This document shows positions 39,285 through 46,327 of a stretch of DNA of 64,000 bases, piece after piece. Location of the stretch: the NCBI GenBank assembly GCA_021735655.1, contig JAIPGM010000006.1, positions 1 to 64,000 on the forward strand. Reading direction: 5' to 3'. Origin of the DNA: Candidatus Omnitrophota bacterium. GTDB taxonomy: Bacteria > Omnitrophota > Gorgyraeia > Duberdicusellales > 4484-171. Numbering within the stretch: the first letter of the stretch is position 1; every line of letters starts with the position of its first letter. The notes under the pieces are model-generated. The model searched no databases, was not told the origin of the DNA, and worked only from the letters and a program-made list of their open reading frames with translations. The translations under genes were made by a program, and so were the position numbers.

Positions 39285-40109
39285 ATGAATCAAATACAAA
39301 TGATAATAAACATAGGAATAGGTGTAATATCTGGCTTAATAACCTTCATTGTATGTGAATACATTCTTAAACCATATCTAAACCAAAAAATAAATCCTAA
39401 AAAAGTTACTAATTTTTTTAGAAGTGGACCATTTTTGTTTGTCTTGGCTGTCCTGATTGCTTTTATCTTAAGTGCCTCCAACCAACAACTGAGAATGACA
39501 TTATTTGGCCATGGCTTAGGCTCTTCTACTGTCGTTAGGGAATTAGAAAATTTATATATGTCAATTCCCGAAATGAAGGATGAAATAATTAAATCATCTG
39601 AGGGAAAGTTAAAGGAAAAAGATTTAATTAACTTGTGTCTGCAAGAAAAATTATATTATTTGAAATTAAAGCAAACCGGGAAATATTCCTACAAACAAAA
39701 TAACGCAAAGGAAGCTATTAATTTTTCAGGCAATCATAAAGTATTGTATCCGAATAGTCAGATTTACTCTGAAACAACATATACAAATGGCGAACGTTTA
39801 GATGCAAATTTTAAAGCTTATTATTACAATGGGGTCATTAGAGCAGAAATTATAACCGACAAATCTCAAATGAACGACACCACGAAAATTGTAAAATATT
39901 ATTACAACAACGGCAAAATATGGTGCGAATATAGATATCACGACAACAAACACATGACTGGTATTATTTATGACAAGGAAGGTAATATACTAGGTAAAGG
40001 AAAAGGTCTTTTTCTAGCAATTCTTATACCTGGTTATTTTGAAAAAATCGAAAGACAAGTTTACGACGTGCGCTACAATCCAAATACATTTTATGATTAT
40101 GGATTATGA
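39285..40109 (+). CDS. Cassette 2: membrane-anchored MORN/YwqK-like repeat protein (274 aa)
   Basis: Two N-terminal TM helices; C-terminal repeats (YYYNGVIRAE, YYYNNGKIWCEYRYHDNKHMTG). Confidence 0.7.
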   Translation: MNQIQMIINIGIGVISGLITFIVCEYILKPYLNQKINPKKVTNFFRSGPFLFVLAVLIAFILSASNQQLRMTLFGHGLGSSTVVRELENLYMSIPEMKDEIIKSSEGKLKEKDLINLCLQEKLYYLKLKQTGKYSYKQNNAKEAINFSGNHKVLYPNSQIYSETTYTNGERLDANFKAYYYNGVIRAEIITDKSQMNDTTKIVKYYYNNGKIWCEYRYHDNKHMTGIIYDKEGNILGKGKGLFLAILIPGYFEKIERQVYDVRYNPNTFYDYGL

Positions 40110-40122
40110 GAAAATTAATAAA

Positions 40123-40195
40123 AGATAACAAAGCAATCCAGCGGACCAATTCCGCCGCTTCGCGGCTCCATTGGCCGCTGATTTCTATGTTAGAC
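40123..40195 (+). repeat. attC2 (R'' AGATAAC ... R' GTTAGAC)
   Basis: aaagcaatccagcggacc...ggccgctgatttctatgtta. Confidence 0.85.
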
Positions 40196-40222
40196 ATAAA
40201 AAAATAGAAAATAAGGAGAAAA

Positions 40223-41077
40223 ATGAAAATAAAAGCAAAGGAGCCGTGGTTGGCAGTTTTCTTGAATCGCTTGTTGCCCGGATTAGGGTATCTTTACACG
40301 AAGAATTTAGTTAGAGCAATTATTGTATTTTTAGTCACCATATCATTAACGTTTATTGCAGTTTCGACATTGATCGCTTTTGCCAAAAACGATACGACTG
40401 TTACATCCAAAGTATTATGGGGAGTCATTATTTTTGTTGCAGTCAATTTTATATTTAATTTCGCTATCTTGATAGATGGGTATTTGTGTGCAAGGAAACA
40501 TAATCTTTCTAATGACGTAAAGCCTTCGCGCATGGGGCTTCGTATTTTTGCTATCATTGGAACTATAGTTTTATTGTTAACTGGAGGTATCTCTATTTTT
40601 CCGGTTATCTACATAAGAACTCATTTGATACAGTTTTTTAAAATGCCTACCACATCAATGGCTCCAGCGCTAAAACTTAATGATAAAATCATGGTAGATA
40701 AAAAAGCATACAATAGCAATAAGCCACAAAGAATGGAGATAGTTGTATTTCTTCCTCCTCACGATAATAGAAAGTATTACCTGAAGAGAATTATTGGTTT
40801 ACCAGGAGAAGAAGTGGAAATCAAGGACGGCAAGGTTTATATAAACAACGAGGTCATAACTAATCTATTCGTGACAAATAACTATTATTATAATCAGGGT
40901 GATTACGCCAAAAAAGGTAAAAAGATAATCGTGCCCCCAAATAATTATTATGTTTTAGGCGACAATAGCGTTTCAAGTTTGGACAGTAGATTCTTTGGAT
41001 TTGTTCCCGAAAAAAATATAACAGGAAAAGTAGTTAAAATATATTGGCCTCCTGAAAGATCAGGAAGAGTTAAATAA
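40223..41077 (+). CDS. lepB: Cassette 3: signal peptidase I (S26) with ~120-aa N-terminal 4-TM extension
   Basis: Catalytic Ser box PTTSMAPAL, Lys box YLKRIIGLPGEEV, box E VLGDNSVSSLDSRFFGFV. Confidence 0.85.
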   Translation: MKIKAKEPWLAVFLNRLLPGLGYLYTKNLVRAIIVFLVTISLTFIAVSTLIAFAKNDTTVTSKVLWGVIIFVAVNFIFNFAILIDGYLCARKHNLSNDVKPSRMGLRIFAIIGTIVLLLTGGISIFPVIYIRTHLIQFFKMPTTSMAPALKLNDKIMVDKKAYNSNKPQRMEIVVFLPPHDNRKYYLKRIIGLPGEEVEIKDGKVYINNEVITNLFVTNNYYYNQGDYAKKGKKIIVPPNNYYVLGDNSVSSLDSRFFGFVPEKNITGKVVKIYWPPERSGRVK

Positions 41078-41084
41078 TAAAAAT

Positions 41085-41168
41085 GTCTAACAAGTCGATC
41101 CAGCGGACTTAAAAGCGCCGCCAATTAAAGCGCAAAGCGCTTTTAAGCCGCTGATCTTGATGTTATGA
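41085..41168 (+). repeat. attC3 (R'' GTCTAAC ... R' GTTATGA)
   Basis: caagtcgatccagcggac...agccgctgatcttgatgtta. Confidence 0.8.
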
Positions 41169-41178
41169 GAAAAATAAA

Positions 41179-41676
41179 ATGAAAAAAATAAATAAAATTT
41201 TCTTTGTTTTAATTTGCGTTCTTTGTTCTGCGCAATTAGCACTTTATGCAGAATATAATTCAACCCTCTTAAAACATCATATACAATTTTCTCCACCTAC
41301 CGGTTGGAATCAAATTTCACTTGGCCCTTTTGCCGCAGATATAGAAGGAATTGCATTCCGCAGCCCTGATGAGAAAGCGGTAATTACCGTATCCTTGCCC
41401 AAAAAAACTAATTTTATTTCGTTTCATGGTGCTCTTATATTATTTCGTTTAAGCAAAAGGCCAAAGGAAGAAAAAATAACATTTTGTGATGAGTCATGCT
41501 ATATTTTTGATTTTGAACAAATCAATAAAAATAATATAAAAGTACTGACAAAAACCTATAAATTTTTAAAGAAAAACAAACTATATACAATCAGCTATTA
41601 TTCATCTCCCAATGAATATCGACAGTATTTACCCGAATTTAAGAAGGCGTTAGCAACGTTTAAAATTATTGAATAA
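41179..41676 (+). CDS. Cassette 4: secreted hypothetical protein (165 aa)
   Basis: Signal peptide MKKINKIFFVLICVLCSAQLALYA; single ORF between attC3 and attC4. Confidence 0.7.
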   Translation: MKKINKIFFVLICVLCSAQLALYAEYNSTLLKHHIQFSPPTGWNQISLGPFAADIEGIAFRSPDEKAVITVSLPKKTNFISFHGALILFRLSKRPKEEKITFCDESCYIFDFEQINKNNIKVLTKTYKFLKKNKLYTISYYSSPNEYRQYLPEFKKALATFKIIE

Positions 41677-41681
41677 ATGTC

Positions 41682-41766
41682 TCATAACAAAGCAATCGAG
41701 CGGACAATCCTCGCCGCTAAATAGAATTCGGGAAAGCTCGGCTTGCCACTCATTTTTATGTTAGAC
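41682..41766 (+). repeat. attC4 (R'' TCATAAC ... R' GTTAGAC)
   Basis: aaagcaatcgagcggaca...cttgccactcatttttatgtta. Confidence 0.8.
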
Positions 41767-41778
41767 GAAAATAAAAAA

Positions 41779-42318
41779 ATGATTAAAAAGATAATAGTAA
41801 TTATTTGTTTTAGTTGCATAATCTGTTTAAATTTAGCATATTCTAAATATGTTGACCCAGACGCGATTGTTAGGATAACACGCAAAATTACTCAAAGAAT
41901 TTACAAAGATATAATTTCAATTAAAGACGAGTATGAAGAATTGAAGGGTTTTGATGAAAACTTTTATGGTAAAGGGACGAGATTCCAATATCGCATAGTT
42001 AGTCCCACAATCGAATATATTTATTGTCCTGGTACATACAATCAATCTTATGAACGAGTTATGGAATTGTATTGCAACCCTCAACCCCCTGCTATTCATC
42101 TAAGGTTAGTATTCCTTAGCGCTCCTTGTGGCACAAACAAGTGCGACATAGTTAGCATTTGTCCGGATGGAATCGAAGCCCAAATTTATATCGAAGAAAT
42201 TGATCGTTATCTAATATTCAGTCAGCGTAGTGGAAATGCTGAGCTTGATACAAAACTTATGGAAATTTTCCGCAAACACACAAAAAAATACAAAACAAAA
42301 GAAATACCTTGGGAATAG
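41779..42318 (+). CDS. Cassette 5: secreted/lipoprotein-like Cys-containing hypothetical protein (179 aa)
   Basis: Start re-called to ATG 41779 (ORF-track TTG start 41743 lies inside attC4); hydrophobic N-terminus MIKKIIVIICFSCIICLNLAYS. Confidence 0.65.
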   Translation: MIKKIIVIICFSCIICLNLAYSKYVDPDAIVRITRKITQRIYKDIISIKDEYEELKGFDENFYGKGTRFQYRIVSPTIEYIYCPGTYNQSYERVMELYCNPQPPAIHLRLVFLSAPCGTNKCDIVSICPDGIEAQIYIEEIDRYLIFSQRSGNAELDTKLMEIFRKHTKKYKTKEIPWE

Positions 42319-42322
42319 GCTC

Positions 42323-42398
42323 ATCTAACAAGGCAATCCAGCGGACCTTACCTCGGCCCTAACGGGCTTCGGCAAGGCCGCTGATTTTTGTGTTAGAT
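42323..42398 (+). repeat. attC5 (R'' ATCTAAC ... R' GTTAGAT)
   Basis: aaggcaatccagcggacc...aaggccgctgatttttgtgtta. Confidence 0.85.
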
Positions 42399-42460
42399 GT
42401 AAAATGAGATCACTAGATGAAAAAAATATTTCTATTAACATGCTATTATAGGAGGGGTAT

Positions 42461-42805
42461 ATGAAAAAAATTTTATTGTGGATGGGTTTTATAATAAACC
42501 TTTTAGCATTCTTAGGTATTGCCTGCTATGGGTCATGGTCTGTTTGGGCTGGAATACTAAGCATTTCTAAATCAGAATATGCAAATATGTATATCGTTTT
42601 CGGAATAGTTCCTGTTTTAATAAGCATTCCTTTTAATATCTTTATGAATCTTTGCTTGAACTCAATTCTGGATAAGAAGAAAAGATTCCCAACAAAATGG
42701 GTTATTTTTTCCCAATCAATCATATTTATTTTGACACCAATCGCTCTACTTACTGGGATTGCAGATTTAATTTCAGATGCATGGAGTTTTTTTACACTGC
42801 GTTAG
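42461..42805 (+). CDS. Cassette 6: small 3-TM membrane protein (114 aa)
   Basis: Three hydrophobic helices; RBS GGAGGGG 8 nt upstream. Confidence 0.65.
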   Translation: MKKILLWMGFIINLLAFLGIACYGSWSVWAGILSISKSEYANMYIVFGIVPVLISIPFNIFMNLCLNSILDKKKRFPTKWVIFSQSIIFILTPIALLTGIADLISDAWSFFTLR

Positions 42806-42847
42806 ATACCGTGCAAGTAATTAAAATTATTTAGGAAATTAAAAAAC

Positions 42848-42925
42848 TTCTAACAACTCAATCCAGCTGACCCTTTGACTCGGCCTTTCAGGCCTCGCTC
42901 AGGGCAGCTGATTTTTATGTTATGT
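42848..42925 (+). repeat. attC6 (R'' TTCTAAC ... R' GTTATGT)
   Basis: aactcaatccagctgaccc...agggcagctgatttttatgtta. Confidence 0.8.
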
Positions 42926-42967
42926 GAAAATAATAAAAACATTCTCGCACAAAAAAAGGAGGAGAAA

Positions 42968-43321
42968 ATGGACAAGAAAAAAACAGATTGGACAAAACCA
43001 AGCTTGATAATGCTCGGGATTGATGTTCTGGCGCTGTTCATTATGATGATCGTTTTGGGAAATCTTGTTAATAGATTTAATGAATTATACAGTCAATTCA
43101 GCATTGAATTATCACCTATTGCACAATTTAGCTTAACCGGATATAAAATATTTTTTCTACTGCTTTTAATTGGGCTTTTGGGCAAAGAGTTTTTGAAAAA
43201 TAAAAAGGCAACATTCATAATAAATATATCGGCACTAGCTGTTACCCTTTTTATATTTGTGCCTTTTATAATTTTAGGAATATTTTTTCCTTTGTTTAAC
43301 TTAACAAGCATGGGGGGATAA
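42968..43321 (+). CDS. Cassette 7: small 3-TM membrane protein (117 aa)
   Basis: Start re-called to ATG 42968 preceded by AAGGAGGAG RBS (ORF-track start 42875 lies inside attC6). Confidence 0.65.
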   Translation: MDKKKTDWTKPSLIMLGIDVLALFIMMIVLGNLVNRFNELYSQFSIELSPIAQFSLTGYKIFFLLLLIGLLGKEFLKNKKATFIINISALAVTLFIFVPFIILGIFFPLFNLTSMGG

Positions 43322-43341
43322 ATTTAAAAGTTTTAATAATC

Positions 43342-43516
43342 ACATAACAAGACAATTCAGCCAACCTTCATCCGTTGCCTGTTGGGTTGGCTGGTATGCC
43401 GAACCCTTCATAATAACAAAATGCTTCGCATTTTAAGTATATGGATTCGGCATAGTTCGACTAAGTATTTTTGCTCGCAAAAATGCCAGTCTCATTAGCT
43501 GATTTTTGTGTTATAG
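43342..43516 (+). repeat. attC7, unusually long (~175 bp) with nested extra hairpins (R'' ACATAAC ... R' GTTATAG)
   Basis: Canonical ends (aagacaattcagccaacc ... ctcattagctgatttttgtgtta) enclosing additional inverted repeats (cagccaacc/ggttggctgg; tatgccgaa/ttcggcata; tttttgctcgcaaaaa). Confidence 0.7.
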
Positions 43517-43539
43517 GAAAATAAAACGGAGGAGTTAAG

Positions 43540-43812
43540 ATGGAAAATGTAAAAAAAATATATAAAGAAGGAGTAGTAAAGGGTGTTCGTTATTTTGTTA
43601 TTACATTATGGGTTAATTTTCTATGCATTCCGTTGTACATGATAAAAAATTTCTTTGAGCCAGAGCAGGGATGGAATTTTCAAGAACACACGTTATTAAT
43701 TATTGGTTTCTGTATTCTAGTTGTTGTATATTTACCATTTGCTGTTTATTTGGCATCGAAAAGATCAAACCAACTGAATACTCCTATATTGAAAACAAAT
43801 ATTTCGATATAA
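43540..43812 (+). CDS. Cassette 8: small 2-TM membrane protein (90 aa)
   Basis: RBS GGAGGAG; two hydrophobic helices. Confidence 0.6.
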   Translation: MENVKKIYKEGVVKGVRYFVITLWVNFLCIPLYMIKNFFEPEQGWNFQEHTLLIIGFCILVVVYLPFAVYLASKRSNQLNTPILKTNISI

Positions 43813-43817
43813 TATTT

Positions 43818-43892
43818 GTATAACAAGGCAATCCACCTGACCATACTCGCCGCTTTTAGCGGCTCGTCTGGCCGGTGATTTTTGTGTTATGT
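43818..43892 (+). repeat. attC8 (R'' GTATAAC ... R' GTTATGT)
   Basis: aaggcaatccacctgacc...ggccggtgatttttgtgtta. Confidence 0.85.
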
Positions 43893-43903
43893 GAATATAA
43901 AAT

Positions 43904-44476
43904 ATGAATAAAATTGACCTTTTATTTATAGTCTGTCTTCTAGCCTTACGTTTTCTACCTAGAAAATCAGCAAAATATAGATACTATTGGGTGTTTCCTT
44001 TATTAGTCTTTTTTTTAGCTATCGGTATCCGAATTAATTCTAAAATCGAGAGTCGGAAACGTTCAGAAAGAATTCAAGAGCTAGAAAGCAATCTTAACGC
44101 TTTGCGCGATTATAGCTCTATTGCAAAACTTAATATTTTAGGCTTACCTGCTCGTGCAGGTTCAGGCATAAAATTATCTACTCCAATTTCAACTTCGCTA
44201 GAGAATGCAATAATTGAAAAGGATGGCAAATATTTCCCCACGTGCAGCAAGGAAGCGGAAGAAAAATTTAAGCAGACTATAAAATCTTATCCACGATTTC
44301 CATTTTCATACTATGGCTTAGCCGTCTGTCTCAGGAGTAAAGAAGATGAAGCTTGGAAGGATTACGCAAATCAAGCCATAGAAATATTTAAAAAAACTAT
44401 CAGCATTAAAGATCATAATTCTGGGCACGACCAAGCAATGAAAGAATTAATCAGATATTTAGAAGAAATAAATTAA
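43904..44476 (+). CDS. Cassette 9: membrane-anchored hypothetical protein (190 aa)
   Basis: Two N-terminal TM helices plus ~120-aa soluble domain; single ORF between attC8 and attC9. Confidence 0.65.
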   Translation: MNKIDLLFIVCLLALRFLPRKSAKYRYYWVFPLLVFFLAIGIRINSKIESRKRSERIQELESNLNALRDYSSIAKLNILGLPARAGSGIKLSTPISTSLENAIIEKDGKYFPTCSKEAEEKFKQTIKSYPRFPFSYYGLAVCLRSKEDEAWKDYANQAIEIFKKTISIKDHNSGHDQAMKELIRYLEEIN

Positions 44477-44493
44477 AACTAGGTAATTAAAAC

Positions 44494-44575
44494 ACATAAC
44501 AAAGCAATCCACCTGACCCTCCTCGCGGCTTCCTGAGACCGCGGGCTCGTCGGGCAGGTGATTTTTGTGTTAGGA
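44494..44575 (+). repeat. attC9, last attC of array (R'' ACATAAC ... R' GTTAGGA)
   Basis: aaagcaatccacctgaccc...gggcaggtgatttttgtgtta. Confidence 0.85.
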
Positions 44576-44599
44576 GGTAAAAATTTACGCAAAATTTTC

Positions 44600-44628
44600 T
44601 TTCTTTGCCAAGATTAGAATGCTATAAT
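44600..44628 (+). promoter_or_regulatory. Promoter with extended -10 (TGcTATAAT) for post-array gene
   Basis: TGC+TATAAT at 44620-44628, weak -35 TTTCTT/TTGCCA, AGGAG RBS then ATG 44647. Confidence 0.45.
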
Positions 44629-44646
44629 TGTTTTTAGGAGATAACT

Positions 44647-45378
44647 ATGTTCTGGATTTGGATAATGATTATTATGATAGTAATGGCCGCTGGGGTTGTA
44701 ACCTTAGCTCTCCTGCCGACCTCTAAAGAATTGGCTTATTTAGAAAAATTACGAAAAATAGCTGATGATTTGCTTTATAGACTAAAAAACACCTTAAGAG
44801 AAGCCTGGAAAGAAAAGAAAAAACTTCCACTACCACTTGTAATTTTGGGGGCTGTCTGGATATTGAATGGCTTATATATAAGCATAAGTACTTTAATGAC
44901 CCCTTCTCAAATCACAAAACTAGAGACTCTAGCTGGTATATTCAGGATCTTAAGCATCGGTTGGATTATTATTGGGGTAACTTTATTTAACGGCTATATT
45001 TTAAGTAGAAAATTTGCCTTTATCGCCGCAGGAATAGTAATTAGCCTTGGTATTGCTGTTATTGCAGTACCACCGCTTACCCAAGAAGAATATCTTCTGC
45101 AACAATATGAAATATATCTACAAAATCAACAGTATCAACAAAATACTCTAGGAATTAATGAATATGTAACCTCGCGGCTGGTAGATCCTGGCGAAGGTAG
45201 GCCTACGAAAGCTGAGATAACCAAAGAACAAGCTATAGCTATAATCAATATGCTTATTGCCCTGATTACGATACTTTATCTAATTACTCCGAAAGCTAAA
45301 AAATATTTTGGTATCGAAAAGGAGCAATCTTTTTCATTTAAAGAGGGAATTGGTAGTTCATTTCGTCGCTACCGCTAA
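44647..45378 (+). CDS. Membrane protein, hypothetical (243 aa), immediately distal to integron array; no attC follows
   Basis: 5-6 TM helices, internal QQ-rich linker; stop overlaps era stop (convergent). Confidence 0.6.
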   Translation: MFWIWIMIIMIVMAAGVVTLALLPTSKELAYLEKLRKIADDLLYRLKNTLREAWKEKKKLPLPLVILGAVWILNGLYISISTLMTPSQITKLETLAGIFRILSIGWIIIGVTLFNGYILSRKFAFIAAGIVISLGIAVIAVPPLTQEEYLLQQYEIYLQNQQYQQNTLGINEYVTSRLVDPGEGRPTKAEITKEQAIAIINMLIALITILYLITPKAKKYFGIEKEQSFSFKEGIGSSFRRYR

Positions 45379-46304
45379 TCCAACCAGTAGCCTAATTCTT
45401 TTAATATTCGAGGACGTTCTTGCCAATCTTTTAAAACTGTAACCCAAATATCTAAAAACACTTTCTTGCCATATATCTTTCCGATCTCAAGACGCGACTC
45501 AATTCCAACATTTTTAAGTATTTGGCCATTTTTACCGACAACTATTTTTTTCTGAGAATCCCTTTCTACATAAATATTCGCCTTTACGTATACGACCTTT
45601 TTTTTATCCTTTATTTCAGAAATCTCAACTGCCAAGGAATGCGGTAACTCCTCATCCAACTGTAAAAATAACTTTTCGCGTATTATGTCAGCAACCCTAA
45701 ATTTATCAGGAAAATCAGTTAAAGTCTTAACATCGTAATAAGCTTGAGCTACCGGCAAGATTTCCACCAAAACATCTCTCAACTTGTCGATATTTTTCCC
45801 AGTCTTAGCTGAAAGCGGAATATAATATTCTAAAAAACTATCCTTCCCAGCCTTCTTAGACTTCTCTTCCCACAAAGCCATATAATCATTAAGGAACTTT
45901 ACTCCTTTATCCACTTTGTTAAGCACAATTATGGTTTTTACTTTTTGAGTTGTGATAATTTTCATTAGGGTTTCCTCTTCCTGCCCGGGTTTGCGGGAAA
46001 GATCAACCACGTAAATTATTAAATCACACCCTTCAATAGATCTTTTAGCTATCGTATTAAGATGAGAGCTTAGTTTATCTTTAAACGAATGGATTCCCGG
46101 AGTATCGACAAAAATTGCCTGGGCATCTTTTAAATTCATAATTCCCCTTATTTGATGCCGAGTTGTCTGAGGAATGCTAGACATAATACTTATCTTATCC
46201 CCAACCAAAGCATTAAGGAGCGTTGACTTTCCTACATTCGGACGACCCAAAATTGCTATAAAACCTGATTTAAAATTTTTACTAATCATAGTTAATCCTT
46301 CCAA
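45375..46304 (-). CDS. era: GTPase Era
   Basis: G1 GRPNVGKST, G3 DTPG, NKVD, C-terminal KH domain. Confidence 0.92.
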   Translation of the reverse strand: MEGLTMISKNFKSGFIAILGRPNVGKSTLLNALVGDKISIMSSIPQTTRHQIRGIMNLKDAQAIFVDTPGIHSFKDKLSSHLNTIAKRSIEGCDLIIYVVDLSRKPGQEEETLMKIITTQKVKTIIVLNKVDKGVKFLNDYMALWEEKSKKAGKDSFLEYYIPLSAKTGKNIDKLRDVLVEILPVAQAYYDVKTLTDFPDKFRVADIIREKLFLQLDEELPHSLAVEISEIKDKKKVVYVKANIYVERDSQKKIVVGKNGQILKNVGIESRLEIGKIYGKKVFLDIWVTVLKDWQERPRILKELGYWLD

Positions 46305-46327
46305 TTAATTGGTCTATACCTCAAGCC

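Larger units (their letters stand above)
36347..44575. mobile_element. Chromosomal integron: intI + attI + nine-cassette array
   Basis: IntI with IntI-specific insertion, GTTAGAT attI core, nine conserved attC sites on + strand each downstream of one ORF. Confidence 0.9.

Noticed and set aside
41087-41296. Minus-strand ORFs 41087-41296, 41682-41885 and 42850-43041, two of which share an FSHNIKIS peptide motif
   Set aside because: Each spans an attC site antisense to the cassettes. The shared motif is simply the translation of the conserved attC repeat (…aacataaaaatcag…), not a paralogous gene family.
41743-41778. ORF-track starts at 41743 (TTG) and 42875, which would place cassette gene starts inside attC4/attC6
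   Set aside because: Both lie within the conserved attC 3' arm. Internal ATG codons with good RBS (41779 and 42968) give proteins that begin with signal/TM sequences, so the genes were re-called.
42802-42808. GTTAGAT heptamer overlapping the stop codon of the cassette-6 ORF
   Set aside because: It matches the core-site consensus but has no inverse-core partner or hairpin arms. The real attC6 follows 45 bp downstream, so it is likely coincidental.
39204-44575. Regularly spaced ~75-bp conserved repeats that could be taken for a CRISPR array
   Set aside because: The repeats are long imperfect palindromes with RYYYAAC/GTTRRRY ends. The intervening 'spacers' are 0.4-1.4 kb and each holds one ORF. 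An IntI gene, not cas genes, flanks them. These are integron attC sites.
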